A stretch of DNA of 64,000 nucleotides, taken from NCBI RefSeq assembly GCF_036365525.1, contig NC_090417.1, positions 18,762,900-18,826,899 of the forward strand. The letters run 5' to 3'. Positions 12,090 through 24,541 of this stretch are shown here, piece by piece. How positions within the stretch are numbered: position 1 is the stretch's first letter; every line of letters starts with the position of its first letter. The DNA is from Heterodontus francisci. Taxonomy: Eukaryota. The notes below the pieces were generated by a model. That model saw nothing but the letters and a program-made list of their open reading frames with translations, ran no database searches and was not told where the DNA came from. A program made the position numbers and the translations under genes.

Positions 12090-13445
12090 AAGAACACGAG
12101 ACCTAGGAGCAGGAGTTGACCGTATGGCCCATCGAGCCTGCTCCGCCGTTCAAAACGGTCCTGGCTGATCTTGGGGTTAGCTCCACTTTCCCACCCGCTC
12201 GTCATATCGCTTGATTCCCTGAGACAGAAAAACTCTGTCTATCCCAGCCTTAAATGTATTCAATGATGGAGCATCCGCAACCCTGTGAAGTAGAGAATTG
12301 CAAAGATTCACAACCCTTGGAAGTAATTTCTCCTCATCGCAGTCCTAAATGATCGGCCCCTTATCCTCAGACTGTGCCCCGTGTTTTAGATTCCCCGACC
12401 AGTGGAAATAATCTCTGTGTCTCCCCCATCCAGCCCATTTAGAATCTGCTATGTTTCAATGAGATCACAGAGAATATCGGCCCAATTTACTCAGCCTCTC
12501 TTCACAGGACAACCCCCTCATCCCAGGCACCAATCTGGTGAAGGTTCACTGCACCGCCTCCAATGCAAGTATATCCTTTCTTAAATGTGGAGACCAAAAC
12601 TGCACACAGTACTCCAAATGTGGTCTCACCAAAGCCCTGTACAATTTTACGAAGACTTCCTTATTCCTGTACTCCAATGCCCTTGGAATGAAGACCAACA
12701 CGCCATTTGCCTTCCTAATTGCCTGTTATACCTGCATGTTTACTTACTGCGTTCCTTGTACAAGTACACCCAAGTCACTTTGCACATCACACTTACAAGT
12801 TGCACATCTTTTAAAAAATATTTTGCTTTTCTATGCTTATAACCAAAGTGCATAATTTCACACTTCGCTACATTATACTCTATCTGCCATCTTGTTGCCC
12901 ACTCATTGAACCTGCCTCTCTCTCTCTTTGCACTCTTTGTCCTCCCCACAGCTTACCTTTCCACCTACCTTTATATTACAGGCAAATTTAGATACATTAC
13001 TCACTATGTTCTCATCTAAGTCATTAACATAGCTTGTAAATAGCTGAAGCCGCAGCACTGATCCTTGCGACACTCCACTGTTTACTGCCTGTCAACTTGA
13101 AAATGCTCCATTTATGCCCACTTGGTGCTTCCTGTCTGTTAACCAATCCTCTATCCATGCTAATATATGACCCCCAACACCATGAGCCCTTATCTTGCCA
13201 ATTAACCCTCTGTGTGGCACCTTACCGAATGCCTTTTGAAAATCCAGGTGCAGTAACTACATTTACTGGTTCCCCTTTATCAACCCTAGTAGTTACATCC
13301 TCAAAAAAGTCTTATATTTGTCAAACAGGATTTCCTCCAGTTAAACCAAGTTGACTTATTGTAATCGTACTGTGCTTTTCTAAGTGTATTGTTAAAACTT
13401 CCTTCATAATAGGTTCCAGCATTTTCCCCAGGACTGATGTTTGTC
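12090..13445 (-). mobile_element. Degraded CR1 LINE
   Basis: WQIEYNVAKCEIMHFG remnant and CR1 3' end. Confidence 0.85.
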
Positions 13446-13593
13446 TGGATGGGCTGAATGGCCTGCTCCTGGATCACAGACCCGGCCCCAGCCCCCACCC
13501 AGAGCCCGGACACAGGCAGAAATCCGAGCTCTCATTCAAATCCTTCTCCCTCGCTGTCCCCATCAATCCCCACCCACCCCTATCTTTGCTCAC

Positions 13594-13676
13594 CAGTCAG
13601 TGGCGATCTTGTCGCTCACCACATCCCGATAGGCGGCCTGCAGCGCCGGCCCGTTGCGACTCAGATTCAAGGCCAT
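13594..13676 (-). CDS. DBNL: Drebrin-like protein, coding exon 1 ([28 protein letters not shown])
   Basis: ATG at 13676, GTGAG donor after 13594; matches recalled DBNL N-terminus [16 protein letters not shown]. Confidence 0.95.
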
Positions 13677-14400
13677 CACCAGCTCAGGGTTCACCACCAG
13701 CAGCACAGACAGAGAGCCCCTTCCGGTCGGTCTGCGCTCAACTGCGCATGCACCCAGCAACCACCCCCCTTCTCAACCGCGCATGCGTCCCACTTCACCA
13801 GCTGAGGTCCAGCTGCGCATGCGTCCCGGCTTCAACCGCCTCGGATTCAACTACGCATGCGTCCCACTCAGCGCCTGCTTGGATCCATTCACGCATTCGC
13901 TTCCTGTCATTGACGATCAAGGTTTTCCCGCCAGCCCATCTGACTTATTGTTGACAATCACGCCTTTCCAATCCTCCCATCCCAGTGACAGACCACAGTT
14001 TCTGCCGGCTGCTCATTGCCAGTCTGCAGAAAGACCACAACATTGTGAAGACAGAATGTCGATGAACAACACAAAGCCAGCACTCGCCTCCCGGCACGTG
14101 GCACCATCTGAGTGACGGCTGCGTCCACCAATGAGAGACCAGATCCCGCCCGGCCTCGCAGCCAATCGGAGCGCGGGAGAGAGATTGACGGATCGTCTCC
14201 TCCAATTAGAAAGCGGCATTGGCGACTGCACAGCCAATCCGCGCAGGCGCGGGAGAGCGGGGCTTTGCAGGGAATCAGGGCGTCGGCGGCGAGGAGGAGC
14301 GGAGTGGAGCGGGGACCTGGCACCGGGTACCAGGTAGGGGCTCAAACTGCTACCCCAGCGCCTGAGGGCCTGGGTGTGGGATTTGATACTTGCCTGGAGG
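13600..14400. promoter_or_regulatory. CpG-rich bidirectional promoter region between DBNL and PIWIL2
   Basis: High CpG density; GCGCATGC-type palindromes at 13743-13862; E2F-like TTTCCCGCC ~13924; CACGTG 14095-14100; CCAAT/ATTGG at 13968, 14128, 14162, 14202, 14218, 14234. Confidence 0.85.
14240..14333 (+). other. PIWIL2: Putative PIWIL2 first (5' UTR) exon; start position approximate
   Basis: CAG|GTAGGG donor at 14333/14334 just downstream of the CCAAT cluster; TSS not determinable from sequence. Confidence 0.6.
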
Positions 14401-14899
14401 GGGGAGGTCAAGGCTGATTGATGGGTTAGGGTTTGAGTCTCTGTGAGGAACGGGCTGGGTTCATCCTGCTGGAGCTGAGCTGGGATGTGGGCGTCGCGGG
14501 GCAAGGCCAGCATTTGCTGCCCATTGCCCTTGACAACTGAGTGACTTGTTGGGCCATTTCAGAGGGCCAAGTGTCAACCACATTGCTGGAGTCACATGCA
14601 GGCCAGACCGGGTAAGGATGGCAGATTTCCTTCCCTAAAGGGCATGAATGAACCAGATGGGTTTTTACGACAATATGTGATGGTGCCATGAAAATGTGAC
14701 TGAGACGAGCCTGATACCTGACCGTGCCAAGGAATGTGAGCCCCTGTTTTAAGTTCATGACGTTGTACCTTTATTTTTCTTGTCTTGCGCCAGTGGGTCT
14801 CAGTGCAGAGAAAGCAGGTTGTGTCTTCAGGTGAACAGATAACGAATTATTCACTTTTTGTTTCATGGTGGATGGAGAAAGTTTGGAGATAGGACATAG

Positions 14900-15700
14900 A
14901 CAATTAACAGATGAAGTGTGAAGCGATTCATTTTGGTTGGAAGAGCATGGAGAGAAAATATAAATTAAAGGGTGTAGTTTCTAAAGGGGGTGCAGAAGCA
15001 GAGTTACTTTGGTGTACATGAGTTATTGAAGGTGGCAGGATCGGTTGAGAGAGCAGTTAATAAAGCATACGGTTCCTCGGCTTTATTAATAGGGGCACAG
15101 AGTACAAGAGGCAGGAAGTCATATTAAACTTGAATAAAACACTAGTTTGGCCTCAAATGGAGTATTGTGCCCAATTCTGGGCGCTGCATTTTTGGAAAGA
15201 CGTGAAGGCATTAGAGAAGTACAGAAAAGATTCATGAGATTGGATCCAGGAATGAGCAACTTCATTTATGAAGACAGATTGGAGAATTTGGGGCTGTTTT
15301 CTTTGGAGAAGAGGAGGCTGAGGGGAGATTTGTAAAGGTTTCACAAAATCATGCAGGGTCTGGACGGATTAGATAGGGAAATATTGTTTCCACTCGTGAA
15401 AGGGTTAAGAACAAGAGGGCGCAGATCCAAGCTAATAGGCAAAAGAAGCAATGGCGCCATGAGGAAATTTTTTTCCATGTAGCACATGGTTGGAATCTGG
15501 ATTGCATTCCCTGAGAGTGGTGGAGGCAGATTCGATCAAGGCATTCAAAAGGGAATTAGATAGTTTTCTGAAAAGGAAGAATCTGCAGGGTTGCAGGGAG
15601 AAGGCAGGGGAATGGTGCTAACTGAATTGTGTACTCGGAGAGCTGATGCAGACACAATGGGCTGAATGGCCCCCTTCTGAGTTGTAACAATTGTGATTCT
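14900..15700 (+). mobile_element. Degraded CR1 3' fragment
   Basis: VQKRFMRL.PGM..YEDRLENLGLFSLEKRRLRGDL. Confidence 0.85.
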
Positions 15701-15974
15701 CTGTTTGACATGACTGACATGGAGCTGAGCTTGGGTCCTCTGAGAAGCAGGCCTTGAAGCAAGAGATTCAGTCCAACAGTGACCACATTTCACAATATTC
15801 CATTGGTTGTGAAGCCATTTGGAACATAAAAACAGAAGTGCTGGAAATACTCAGCAGGTCTGGCAGCAGCTGTGGAGTGAGAAACAGAGTTAGCATTTTA
15901 GGTCTGTGACCCTTCATCAGAACTGGTTTTGAGAATATGCAAGACGTTTGTAGAACATCCTGACGTACCCAACA

Positions 15975-16833
15975 CCATGCATCATTATTTCAGCCGAGAC
16001 ACAAGTTGCTTATCCTAATACTTAGGTGTCCAGGAGTAGCCGAAGACTCGTCCACTGGTTTCCCAACCTGCCTCTGCAGAAGTAACTGGATGGTCTGCGA
16101 CTCAGCAAATAGAAAAGTACTTTTATAGAGCACAGACTTCTCTTGTAGCTGGCGTATGGAGAAGATCACAGTCAATCTGCCTCCAAAAGAACCACTGTGC
16201 TTCCCAGTACACTTGGTCTGCATGTAAATGGAGTCTTTTAAGTGTGACCTGAACAAAGGCCTTCCCCTTGGACATTGCTGTCCTGCAGTTGTTGCAGTCT
16301 CCTCTGTTGCTTTTGATTTTGTTTCGTGTGATGATTTTGGTGTCCCGCATCTCCTGTTAAAAACGGAGCAGAGGAGAAGATCAGGGTGCGGCGATAGATT
16401 GGACTTTCTGTGCTTGAGCAGATTGGCTGGGATTCCGCCCTTGCCCAGTGCCCTTCTGTTTGTTAGGTAGTCAGCGGTTGTCTTTGGCTTCAGTGACGAG
16501 GGTTCTTCATCTAACTCATTCACGACAGGACGTTGTGGGAGAGTGTTCAGTGCAGACTGGGAGAACAGCTCACAGTGGTCTTCAGCCCAGTGTGTCATCT
16601 GTTTCCTTGTGTTGATGAGTATGTCACTGTCACTTCAGGGGAGCAATTTTGGTGATGGCAGGGCCAAGCGCCCTCTTGATCCCTTCATACATACTTTGTA
16701 GATTTCCTTTGTTTGATGCAATTTGGATTTCTTGACATAAGCTGATCCAGTGTTTGTTTGTGCTGTATCTCCCTCTCCTTTGCACGGCTGTTCTGGCTAC
16801 TTTCAGGTCGTGCAGTGTCTTAATGGGTGGGTT
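15975..16833 (-). mobile_element. RTE-clade LINE, inverted 5' segment (continues at 20818-20950 beyond the CR1 insertion)
   Basis: ORFs 15990..16598 and 16630..16836 (HWISLCQEIQ, GKGGIPANLLK, IFSIRQLQEK). Confidence 0.8.
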
Positions 16834-19800
16834 CATAAGATCATAAGATCATAAGAACTGGGAGCAGGAGTAGGCCGTCCGGCCCCTCGAGCCTGCTCCG
16901 CCATTCAATAAGATCATGGCTGATCTTTTCGTGGACTCAGATCCACTTACCCGCGTTCTCACCGTATCCCTTAATTCCTTTTATTATTCAAAAAGATATC
17001 TACCTTAGCTTTAAAAACATTTACTGAAGAAGCATCAACTACTTCACTGGGCAAGGAATTCCATAAATTAACAACCCTCTGGGTGAAGAAGTTCCTTCTT
17101 AATTCAGTCCTAAATCTGCTCCCTCTAATCTTGAGGCTATGCCCTCTTGTCCTAGCTTCACCTGCCAGTGGAAACATCCTCTCTACTTGTATCTTATCTA
17201 TTCCCTTCATAATTTTATATGTTTCTATAAGATCCCCCCTCATTCTTCTGAACTCCAATGAATATAATCCCAATCTACTCAGTCTCTCCTCATAAGCCAA
17301 CCCCCTCAACTCCGGAATCAACCTAGTGAACCTCCTCTGCACCCTCTCCAGTGCCAGTACATCCTTTCTCAAGTAAGGAGACCAAAACTGCACACAGTAC
17401 TCCAGGTGCGGCCTCACCAGTACCTGAGACAGCTGCAACATAACCTCTCTGCTTTTAAACTCAATCCCTTTAGCAATGAAGGACAAAATTCCATTTGCCT
17501 TCCTAATTACTTGCTGTACCTGCAGACCAACCTTCTGCGATTCATGCACAAGGACACCTTGGTCCCTCTGCATAGCAGCATGCTGCAACTTTTTACCATT
17601 CAAGTAATAATCCTTTTTACTGATACTCTGACCGAAATGAATGACTTCACATTTATTAACATTGTATTCCATCTGCCAGACCTTTGCCCACTCACTCAAT
17701 GTTCCTCTGCAAAGTTTCACAGTCATCTGCACACTTTGCTCTGCCACTCATCTTAGTGTCATCTGCAAACTTTGACACCCTACACGTGGTCCCCAACTCC
17801 AAATCATCTATATAAATTGTAAATAATTGCGGTCCCAACACCGATCCCTGAGGCACACCACTGGTGACTGATTGCCAACCAGAATAACACTCATTTATCC
17901 CCACTCTCTGCTTCCTGTTAGTCAACCAATCCTCTATCCATGCTAATACTTTACCCCTGACGCCATGCATCCTTATCTTGTGCAGCAGCCTCTTGTGCGG
18001 CACCTTGTCGAAGGCCTTTTGGAAATCTAGGTACACAACATCCACTGGGTCCCCATTGTCCACCTTGCTCGTAATGTCATCATCGAATTCCAAAAGATTT
18101 GTCAAGCATGACCTGCCCTTCATGAACCCATGCTGCGTCTGCCCAACGGGACAATTTCTATCGCGATGCCCTGCTATTTCTTCCTTGATAATAGACTCAA
18201 GCATCTTCCCCACTACAGAGGTTAAGCTAACCGGTCTATAATTCCCCATCTTTTGTCTACCTCCCTTTTTAAACAGTGGCGTCACATCTGCTGTTTTCCA
18301 ATCTGCTGGGACTACCCCAGAGTCCAGCGAATTTTGGAAAATTACCGCCAGTGCACCTGCTATTTCTCCCGCCATCTCTTTTAGTACCCTGGGATGCATT
18401 CCATCAGGGCCAGGAGACTTATCAATCCTTAGCTCCATTAGCTTGCCCAACACTACCTCTTCCGTAATAATAATTGTTCCCAGGTCCTCACCTACGTTCG
18501 TCTCTTTGTCAATTACTGGCATGTTATTAATGTCCTCCACTGAGAAGACCGATACAAAATACCTGTTCAATGCTTCGGCCATTTCATCATATCCCATAAC
18601 TAAATTCCCCTTCTCATCCTCTAAAGAACCAACGTTTACTTTAGCCACTCTTTTTCGTTTTATATATTTATAGAAACTTTTGCTATCTGTCTTTATATTC
18701 TGTGCTAGTTTTTTCTCCTGTTCTATCTTACTTTTCTTTCTAGCTCTTTGTGTGGCTTTCTGTCGACCTTTAAAGTTTTCCCAATCTTCTAGTTTCATGC
18801 TGCTTTTGGCCACTTTGTCTGCCTTTTTCAATTTGATAGCCTCCCTCATTTCCTTAGACACCCATGGCAGATTACCCCTTTTCTTCCAGTCCTTCCTTTT
18901 CACTGGAATATACTTTTGCTGAGCACTTTGAAAAATTGCTTTGAAAGTCCTCCATTGCTCGTCAACTGTCCCACCGTAAAATCTTTGTTTCCAGTCTACT
19001 TTAGCCAAGTCCTCCCTCATTCTATTGTAGTCCCCCTTGTTCAAGCGCAGGACCCTGGTATTGGATTTTATCTTCACACTCTCCATCTGTATTCTAAATT
19101 CAACCATACTGTGATCACTCCTTCCAAGAGGATCCCTATATATGAGGTCATTAATTATTCCTGTCTCATTACACAGTACTAGATCTAGGATAGCTTGCTC
19201 CCTCTGTTAATCGAAGTTATTTTTTGCCTTCGGTCTGGTTCAGTAAATATACCGAGTCTGATGTGTAGGTAAAATCAATTACTTTATTTGCGCAGTTGCC
19301 AGCGGACTTACTCTGAGAACAGCGGCACTGACTCCACCAGAGTCTGTCGGGTCCCCCCCAGATTAAGTGAAGTTTGTGATACAGGTACTACTGTTTATAC
19401 ATTAAGATTCATGCTACACCTCCTTGTTTAACCAATCAGTGCGGTACAATTCGACTTCACCCACGTGGTGACATGCAGTACATCTGTTACTGAGGTTAAC
19501 AATACACTCCATTCTCAATACATACTTGTTACTAATAAAATATTGTTTTGTACCAGCAAGCTAAAACAAAGCGGACAAGCAAACTAATTAGCAAGAGCAT
19601 AGGAATCATCAATAACCATGCTGGTCTCACTCCCTACATGGATCATGAGTCTGTCTCTACCTTGTGACAAGTAATTGCGGCGCATCCTGCGATCTCTATT
19701 AGGTGTACATTCCTGAGTGTTTCGTGCAGTCTGCAGCTACATCAAGTAGTGGCAGTTCACGAAGATAAGAGGGGCCTAGCACTCCTTATCACTCACACAG

Positions 19801-20817
19801 GGATGGACATCATTTGATTCATATGAGTCCATCTGCTTCAAACCACAGGGAGTCATGCACTCAGGCCATAAAGAACAGATGTCCTGGCAATTACCAATGT
19901 CGGCTAGTCTTTACTGTCTCACACTTCCAGCTTTTACTTTTAACTATCTCATTGTGGTTTGTGCCACTTAAAATCAAAGCTCAGCAAAGCTATTATTCCT
20001 AACTTGGCTATTTTTCCCATTACGTATAGTGCCATGCCTTTCTGCTCACTTCCACACCTCGTCAGTTCCATTACATACTGTTCAAGAAAACTATCACGGA
20101 TACACTCAACGAACTCCTCCTCAAGGCTACCCTGACTGAGCTGGTTCGACCAATCTACATGTAGATTAAAATCCCCCATGATAATTGTCGTACCATTTTT
20201 ACAGGCATTAGTTATTTCTTTGTTTATTGCCCGCCCCAATGTGATGTTATTATTTGGTGGCCTATAAACTACGCCTATCAATGACTTTTTCTTCTTCGAG
20301 TTTCTAATTTCCACCCAAATGGATTCAACCTCATTCTCCATAGAACCTATATCATCTCTCAGCACCGCCCTGATGTCGTCCTTGAATATCAGAGCTACAC
20401 CACCTCCCTTACCTTCCTGTCTGTCCTTCCGAATAGTCTGGTACCCCTGGATATTTAACTCCCAGTTGTGACCAACCTGTAACCATGTCTCCGTAATGGC
20501 TACCAAATCATATTCATTCGCGATGATTTGTGCCGTTAACTCATCAACCTTGTTACGAATGCTACAAGCATTCAGGTAAAGTGCCTTTATGCTAGCTTTC
20601 TTACCCTCATGATTCCCAACATCTCTAATAATAACTCCTGACTTATCCTTCCTTTCTGCTTCTTTCATCGTCTGCCTTGAACCTAAACCCTCCTGCACAC
20701 GTTAGCCTGCAGCTTACCTTTTTATTTATCATCATACTCCCTGTCATTTTCCCTTTCCCTTCCCCCTGAGTCACTAGTTTAAAGTCCTAGAGACCACCCT
20801 ATTTATCCGTTTCGCTA
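16834..20817 (-). mobile_element. CR1 LINE with near-complete ORF2 (endonuclease + RT), interrupted by a solo LTR
   Basis: ORFs 19949..20698 (EN: AITETW, GGGVA, GDFN), 17692..19107 and 16971..17747 (RT); (ATCTTATG)n tail at 16834. Confidence 0.96.
19205..20056 (-). mobile_element. Solo LTR (852 bp)
   Basis: TG...CA termini, CCTC target-site duplication (19201-19204, 20057-20060), splits CR1 ORF2; minus-strand TATAAA 19399-19394 and AATAAA 19288-19283. Confidence 0.85.
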
Positions 20818-20954
20818 GGGTTTATGTTGTGCATCATGTAGGCTTTGCTTTATGTGGCAATGACAGATAACTCAGCTGAGTAAGTCTCAACCCAGCCCTT
20901 GTTGCAGATTCCGCCTTTGCCAAATGATGCTTCTGCTGCTTCATAAATGAAGCT

Positions 20955-21540
20955 ACCTGGAAAAGAAGCTCAATAATTTCCATCTGTGCTGTGTGTTGCA
21001 CCTTTTGGGTATATCCTGGTCGGACAAAATCACATGTGACAGTCCTCTCAAAGCCAGAGCTCCCAAGTGTGACACTGATGAAACAGAGGTGGCTTTGGAG
21101 GATCGGATGTGTCTGCAGGATGGAAGATGGTCACATACCCAAGGACCTTTTGTATGGTGAGGTCATCAGGGCCAGACCAATGAGAGGCCCAAAGCACCAC
21201 TTCAAGGCTGCTTGCAAGCATGACAGGAAGGCCTTAAATGTTGACCACCACACTTTGGGAGTCACTAGCTGGCGAAAGAGGGAAATGGCGACGCATCCTG
21301 TGGACTGGTATGCACTACCATGATGACAAGTTGCCACAACAGCTTGTCAACGGGTGTTAATGTCAAAAGCAAGAACTCACAGCGTCACCTGGCTGCTTTA
21401 TGTGCAGCACTAGTGATAGGACCTGCCTCTCAAGGAATGGCCTTCACATCCATCAGCAAAGGTGCACCAAGAGAAGACAGCCCACTGAAATGCATTGTTT
21501 CTTGCGTGTCCATCATGTTTCGTAGGTGGAAGGATGTCAA
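20955..21540 (+). mobile_element. RTE-clade LINE 3' segment
   Basis: ORF 20991..21323 (R.IG.VCRMEDGHIPKDLLYGE) typical of the RTE C-terminus. Confidence 0.85.
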
Positions 21541-22490
21541 CCTGAGCAGAGACCAGCCTCTTTCAGTAACATGGGCTCTGATATCTTGCTTTGGGAGTTT
21601 TTCCAATTAAGAGCAGACGCAATCTCGAATGTTCCCTTCAGTGGTATCTGGAAGAAGTCTCTGTTTACCAACAGGAATGGAAGGCTATATCATACATAAT
21701 TTTCACCCACAGTTACCTTGATTTCTTGTGATAAAGGAAATGCAAAGGACACGTAATTTGACACAAGTAAAACCCAGTTGGTAAAACAATGAAGCCCTAC
21801 CTGTGCCAACATGTATTTGAGTGAGAAGTTGGGATGTGGAATGCGCTGTCTGAGAGTGTGGTGGAGGCAGATTCAACCCAGGCTTTCACAAGAGAACTGG
21901 ATAATTATCTGAAGAGAAATTTGTAGGGCTACGGGAAAAAGGCAAGGGAGTGGGACGAGCTGAATTGCTCTTGCAGAGAGCTGCTATGGACTTGATGGGC
22001 CGAATTGTTACGACACAGAAAGAGACCATTCTACGTGGGATCCCATACTGAGCCGGTACTTTGGGTGGCCAACAATACAGGAGAAACAAAGCTTTTGAAA
22101 GCCCAGGCACCACAGAACGTTGAGAGGAGAACAATGTCGATACAGTGAAGGCACCAGTGACCCACAGAAGCAGAGTTATTCTTTGCCTTCACACAGTCAT
22201 AGCAGCGAGTATAAAGTGAATACAGAAGCAAATTGGATGTGTTCTTGACTAGGAAAATGTTGCTCCACTACAGGGGAAGTGAACTCTTTCAGGCATAGTT
22301 GATTGAATGATCTCCTTCTGTGCTGTACCATTGTATGCACATTGTATACCACTGCAGTAAGGAGTATCGTCGGCTCTTCAAATGAGGCCATATGGGTAGA
22401 ACTTAAAAACAAAAAAGGGGCAATCACTTGGCTGGGTGTCTACTACAGGCCTCCAAACAGTCAGGGAGAGATGGAGGAGCAGATATGTAG

Positions 22491-22705
22491 ATTAGATTAG
22501 ATTAGATTAGAGATACAGCACTGAAACAGGCCCTTCGGCCCACCGAGTCTGTGCCGAACATCAACCACCCATTTATTCTAATCCTACACTAATCCCATAT
22601 TCCTACCAAACATCCCCACCTGTCCCTATATTTCCCTACCACCTACCTACACTAGTGACAATTTATAATGGCCAATTTACCTATCAACCTGCAAGTCTTT
22701 TGGCT
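22491..22705 (-). mobile_element. 5'-truncated HE1-type V-SINE
   Basis: (CTAAT)n tail; TGTAG duplication at 22486 and 22706; identity to full copies. Confidence 0.85.
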
Positions 22706-24541
22706 TGTAGGCAAATGTCAGAGGTGTAAAAATAACAGGGTAATAATAGTCAGGGATTTCAACTTCCCCAATATCAACTGGGATAGTCTTAGTGCAAAAG
22801 GCTTAAAGGGGGCGAAATTCTTAAAATGCATACAGGAGAGCTTTTTCTGCCAGTACGTAGATAATCCTACAAGAGAAGTGGCAGTACTGGACCTAATCCG
22901 AGGGAATGAAGCTGGACAAGTGGGAGAGGTGTCAGTGAGGGAGCATTTCAGGGATAGTGACTATAAATCTGTAAGATTTAAAGTGGTTATGGAAAATGAC
23001 AAAGATGGTCCGGAAATAAAGGTACTGAATTGGGGGAAGGCCGATTTCAATATGATAAAACAGGATCTGGCCAAAATGGACTGGGAGCAGCTACTTGTAA
23101 GAAAGTCCACATCAGACCAGTGGGAGTCATTTAAAGAGGAAATAGTGAGAGTTCAGGGCCAACATGTACCTGTTAAGGTGAAGGGTAGGACCAACAAGTC
23201 CAGGGAACCCTGGATGTCAAGGGATATCGAGGATTGGATCAAGAAAAAAATGGAGGCTTATGGCAGATTCAGAGCACTGAAAACAGCAGAGGCACTGGAA
23301 GAGCATGGAAAGTGTAGGGGGGTACTGAAATAGTAATGAGGAGAACGAAGAGGGGACATGAAAAAAACACTGGCGGGCAAGATCAAGGAAAATCCTAAGG
23401 CGTTTTATAAGTCTATTAAGGGCAAGAGAATAACCAGGGAAAGAGGAGGGCCCATTAGGGACCAAAGCGGCAATGTGTGTGTGGAGCCGGAGGACATAGG
23501 TGAGGTTTTAAATGATTACTTTTCATCTGTGTTCACTATGGAGAAGGACAATGTTGGTGTAGAGATCAGGGAGGGGGATTGTGAGAAACTTGAACATTGA
23601 AAGGGAGGAAGTATTAGCTGTTTTAGTGGGCTTAAAAGTGGATAAATCCCCAGGCCCAGATGAGATGTATCCTAAGCTACTATGTGAGGCAAGGGAGGAG
23701 ATAGCAGGGGCTCTGACACAAATTTTCAAATCTTGTCTGACCACAGGAGAGGTACCAGAGGACTGGAGGACAGCGAATCTGGTACCATCATTTAAGAAGG
23801 GTAGCAGGGATAAACCAGGCCGGTGAGTCTAACATCAGTTGTTGGGAAAATATTGGAAAAAGTTCTGAGGGACAGGATTAATCTCCAGTTGGAGAGGCAG
23901 GGATTAATCGGGGATAGTCAGCATGGCTTTGTCAGGGAGAGATCGTGTCTAACGAACTTGATTGAATTTTCCGAGGCAGTGACGAGATGTGTAGATGAGG
24001 GTAAAGCAGTTGATGAAGTATACATGGACTTCAGTAAGGCTTTTGAGAAGGTCCCGCATGGGAGATTGGTTAAGAAGGTAAGAGCCCATAGGATCCAGGT
24101 CAAGTTGGCAAATTGGATGCAAAATTGGCTTCGTGGCAGGAAGCAGAGGGTGATGGTCGAGGGTTGTTTTGGTGAGTGGAAGCCTGTGACCAGTGGTGTA
24201 CTGCAGGGATCGGTACTGGGACCCTTGCTGTTTGTAGTGTACATTAATGATTTAGACATGAATATAGGAGGTATGATCAATAGGTTCGCAGATGACAAAA
24301 ATTAATGGTGTCGTAAATAGTGAGGAGAAAAGCCTTCGATTGCAGGACAATATAGATGGGCTGGTAAGATGGGTGGAGCTGTGGCAAATGGAATTTAATC
24401 CTGAGAAGTGCGAGGTGATGCATTTTGGGAGGACTAACAAAGGAAGGGAATATACAATGGATGGTAGGACCCTAGGAAGTACAGAGGGACCTTGGTGTAC
24501 TTGTCCATAGATCACTATAGGCAACAGCACAGGTAGATAAG

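Noticed and set aside
13458-14513. Many 100-166 aa ORFs at the promoter
   Set aside because: Expected from stop-poor GC-rich sequence; only the spliced in-frame case is reported
16971-20698. Active autonomous CR1 or domesticated RT gene
   Set aside because: ORF2 broken by the LTR insertion and a frameshift near 17700; 5' truncated
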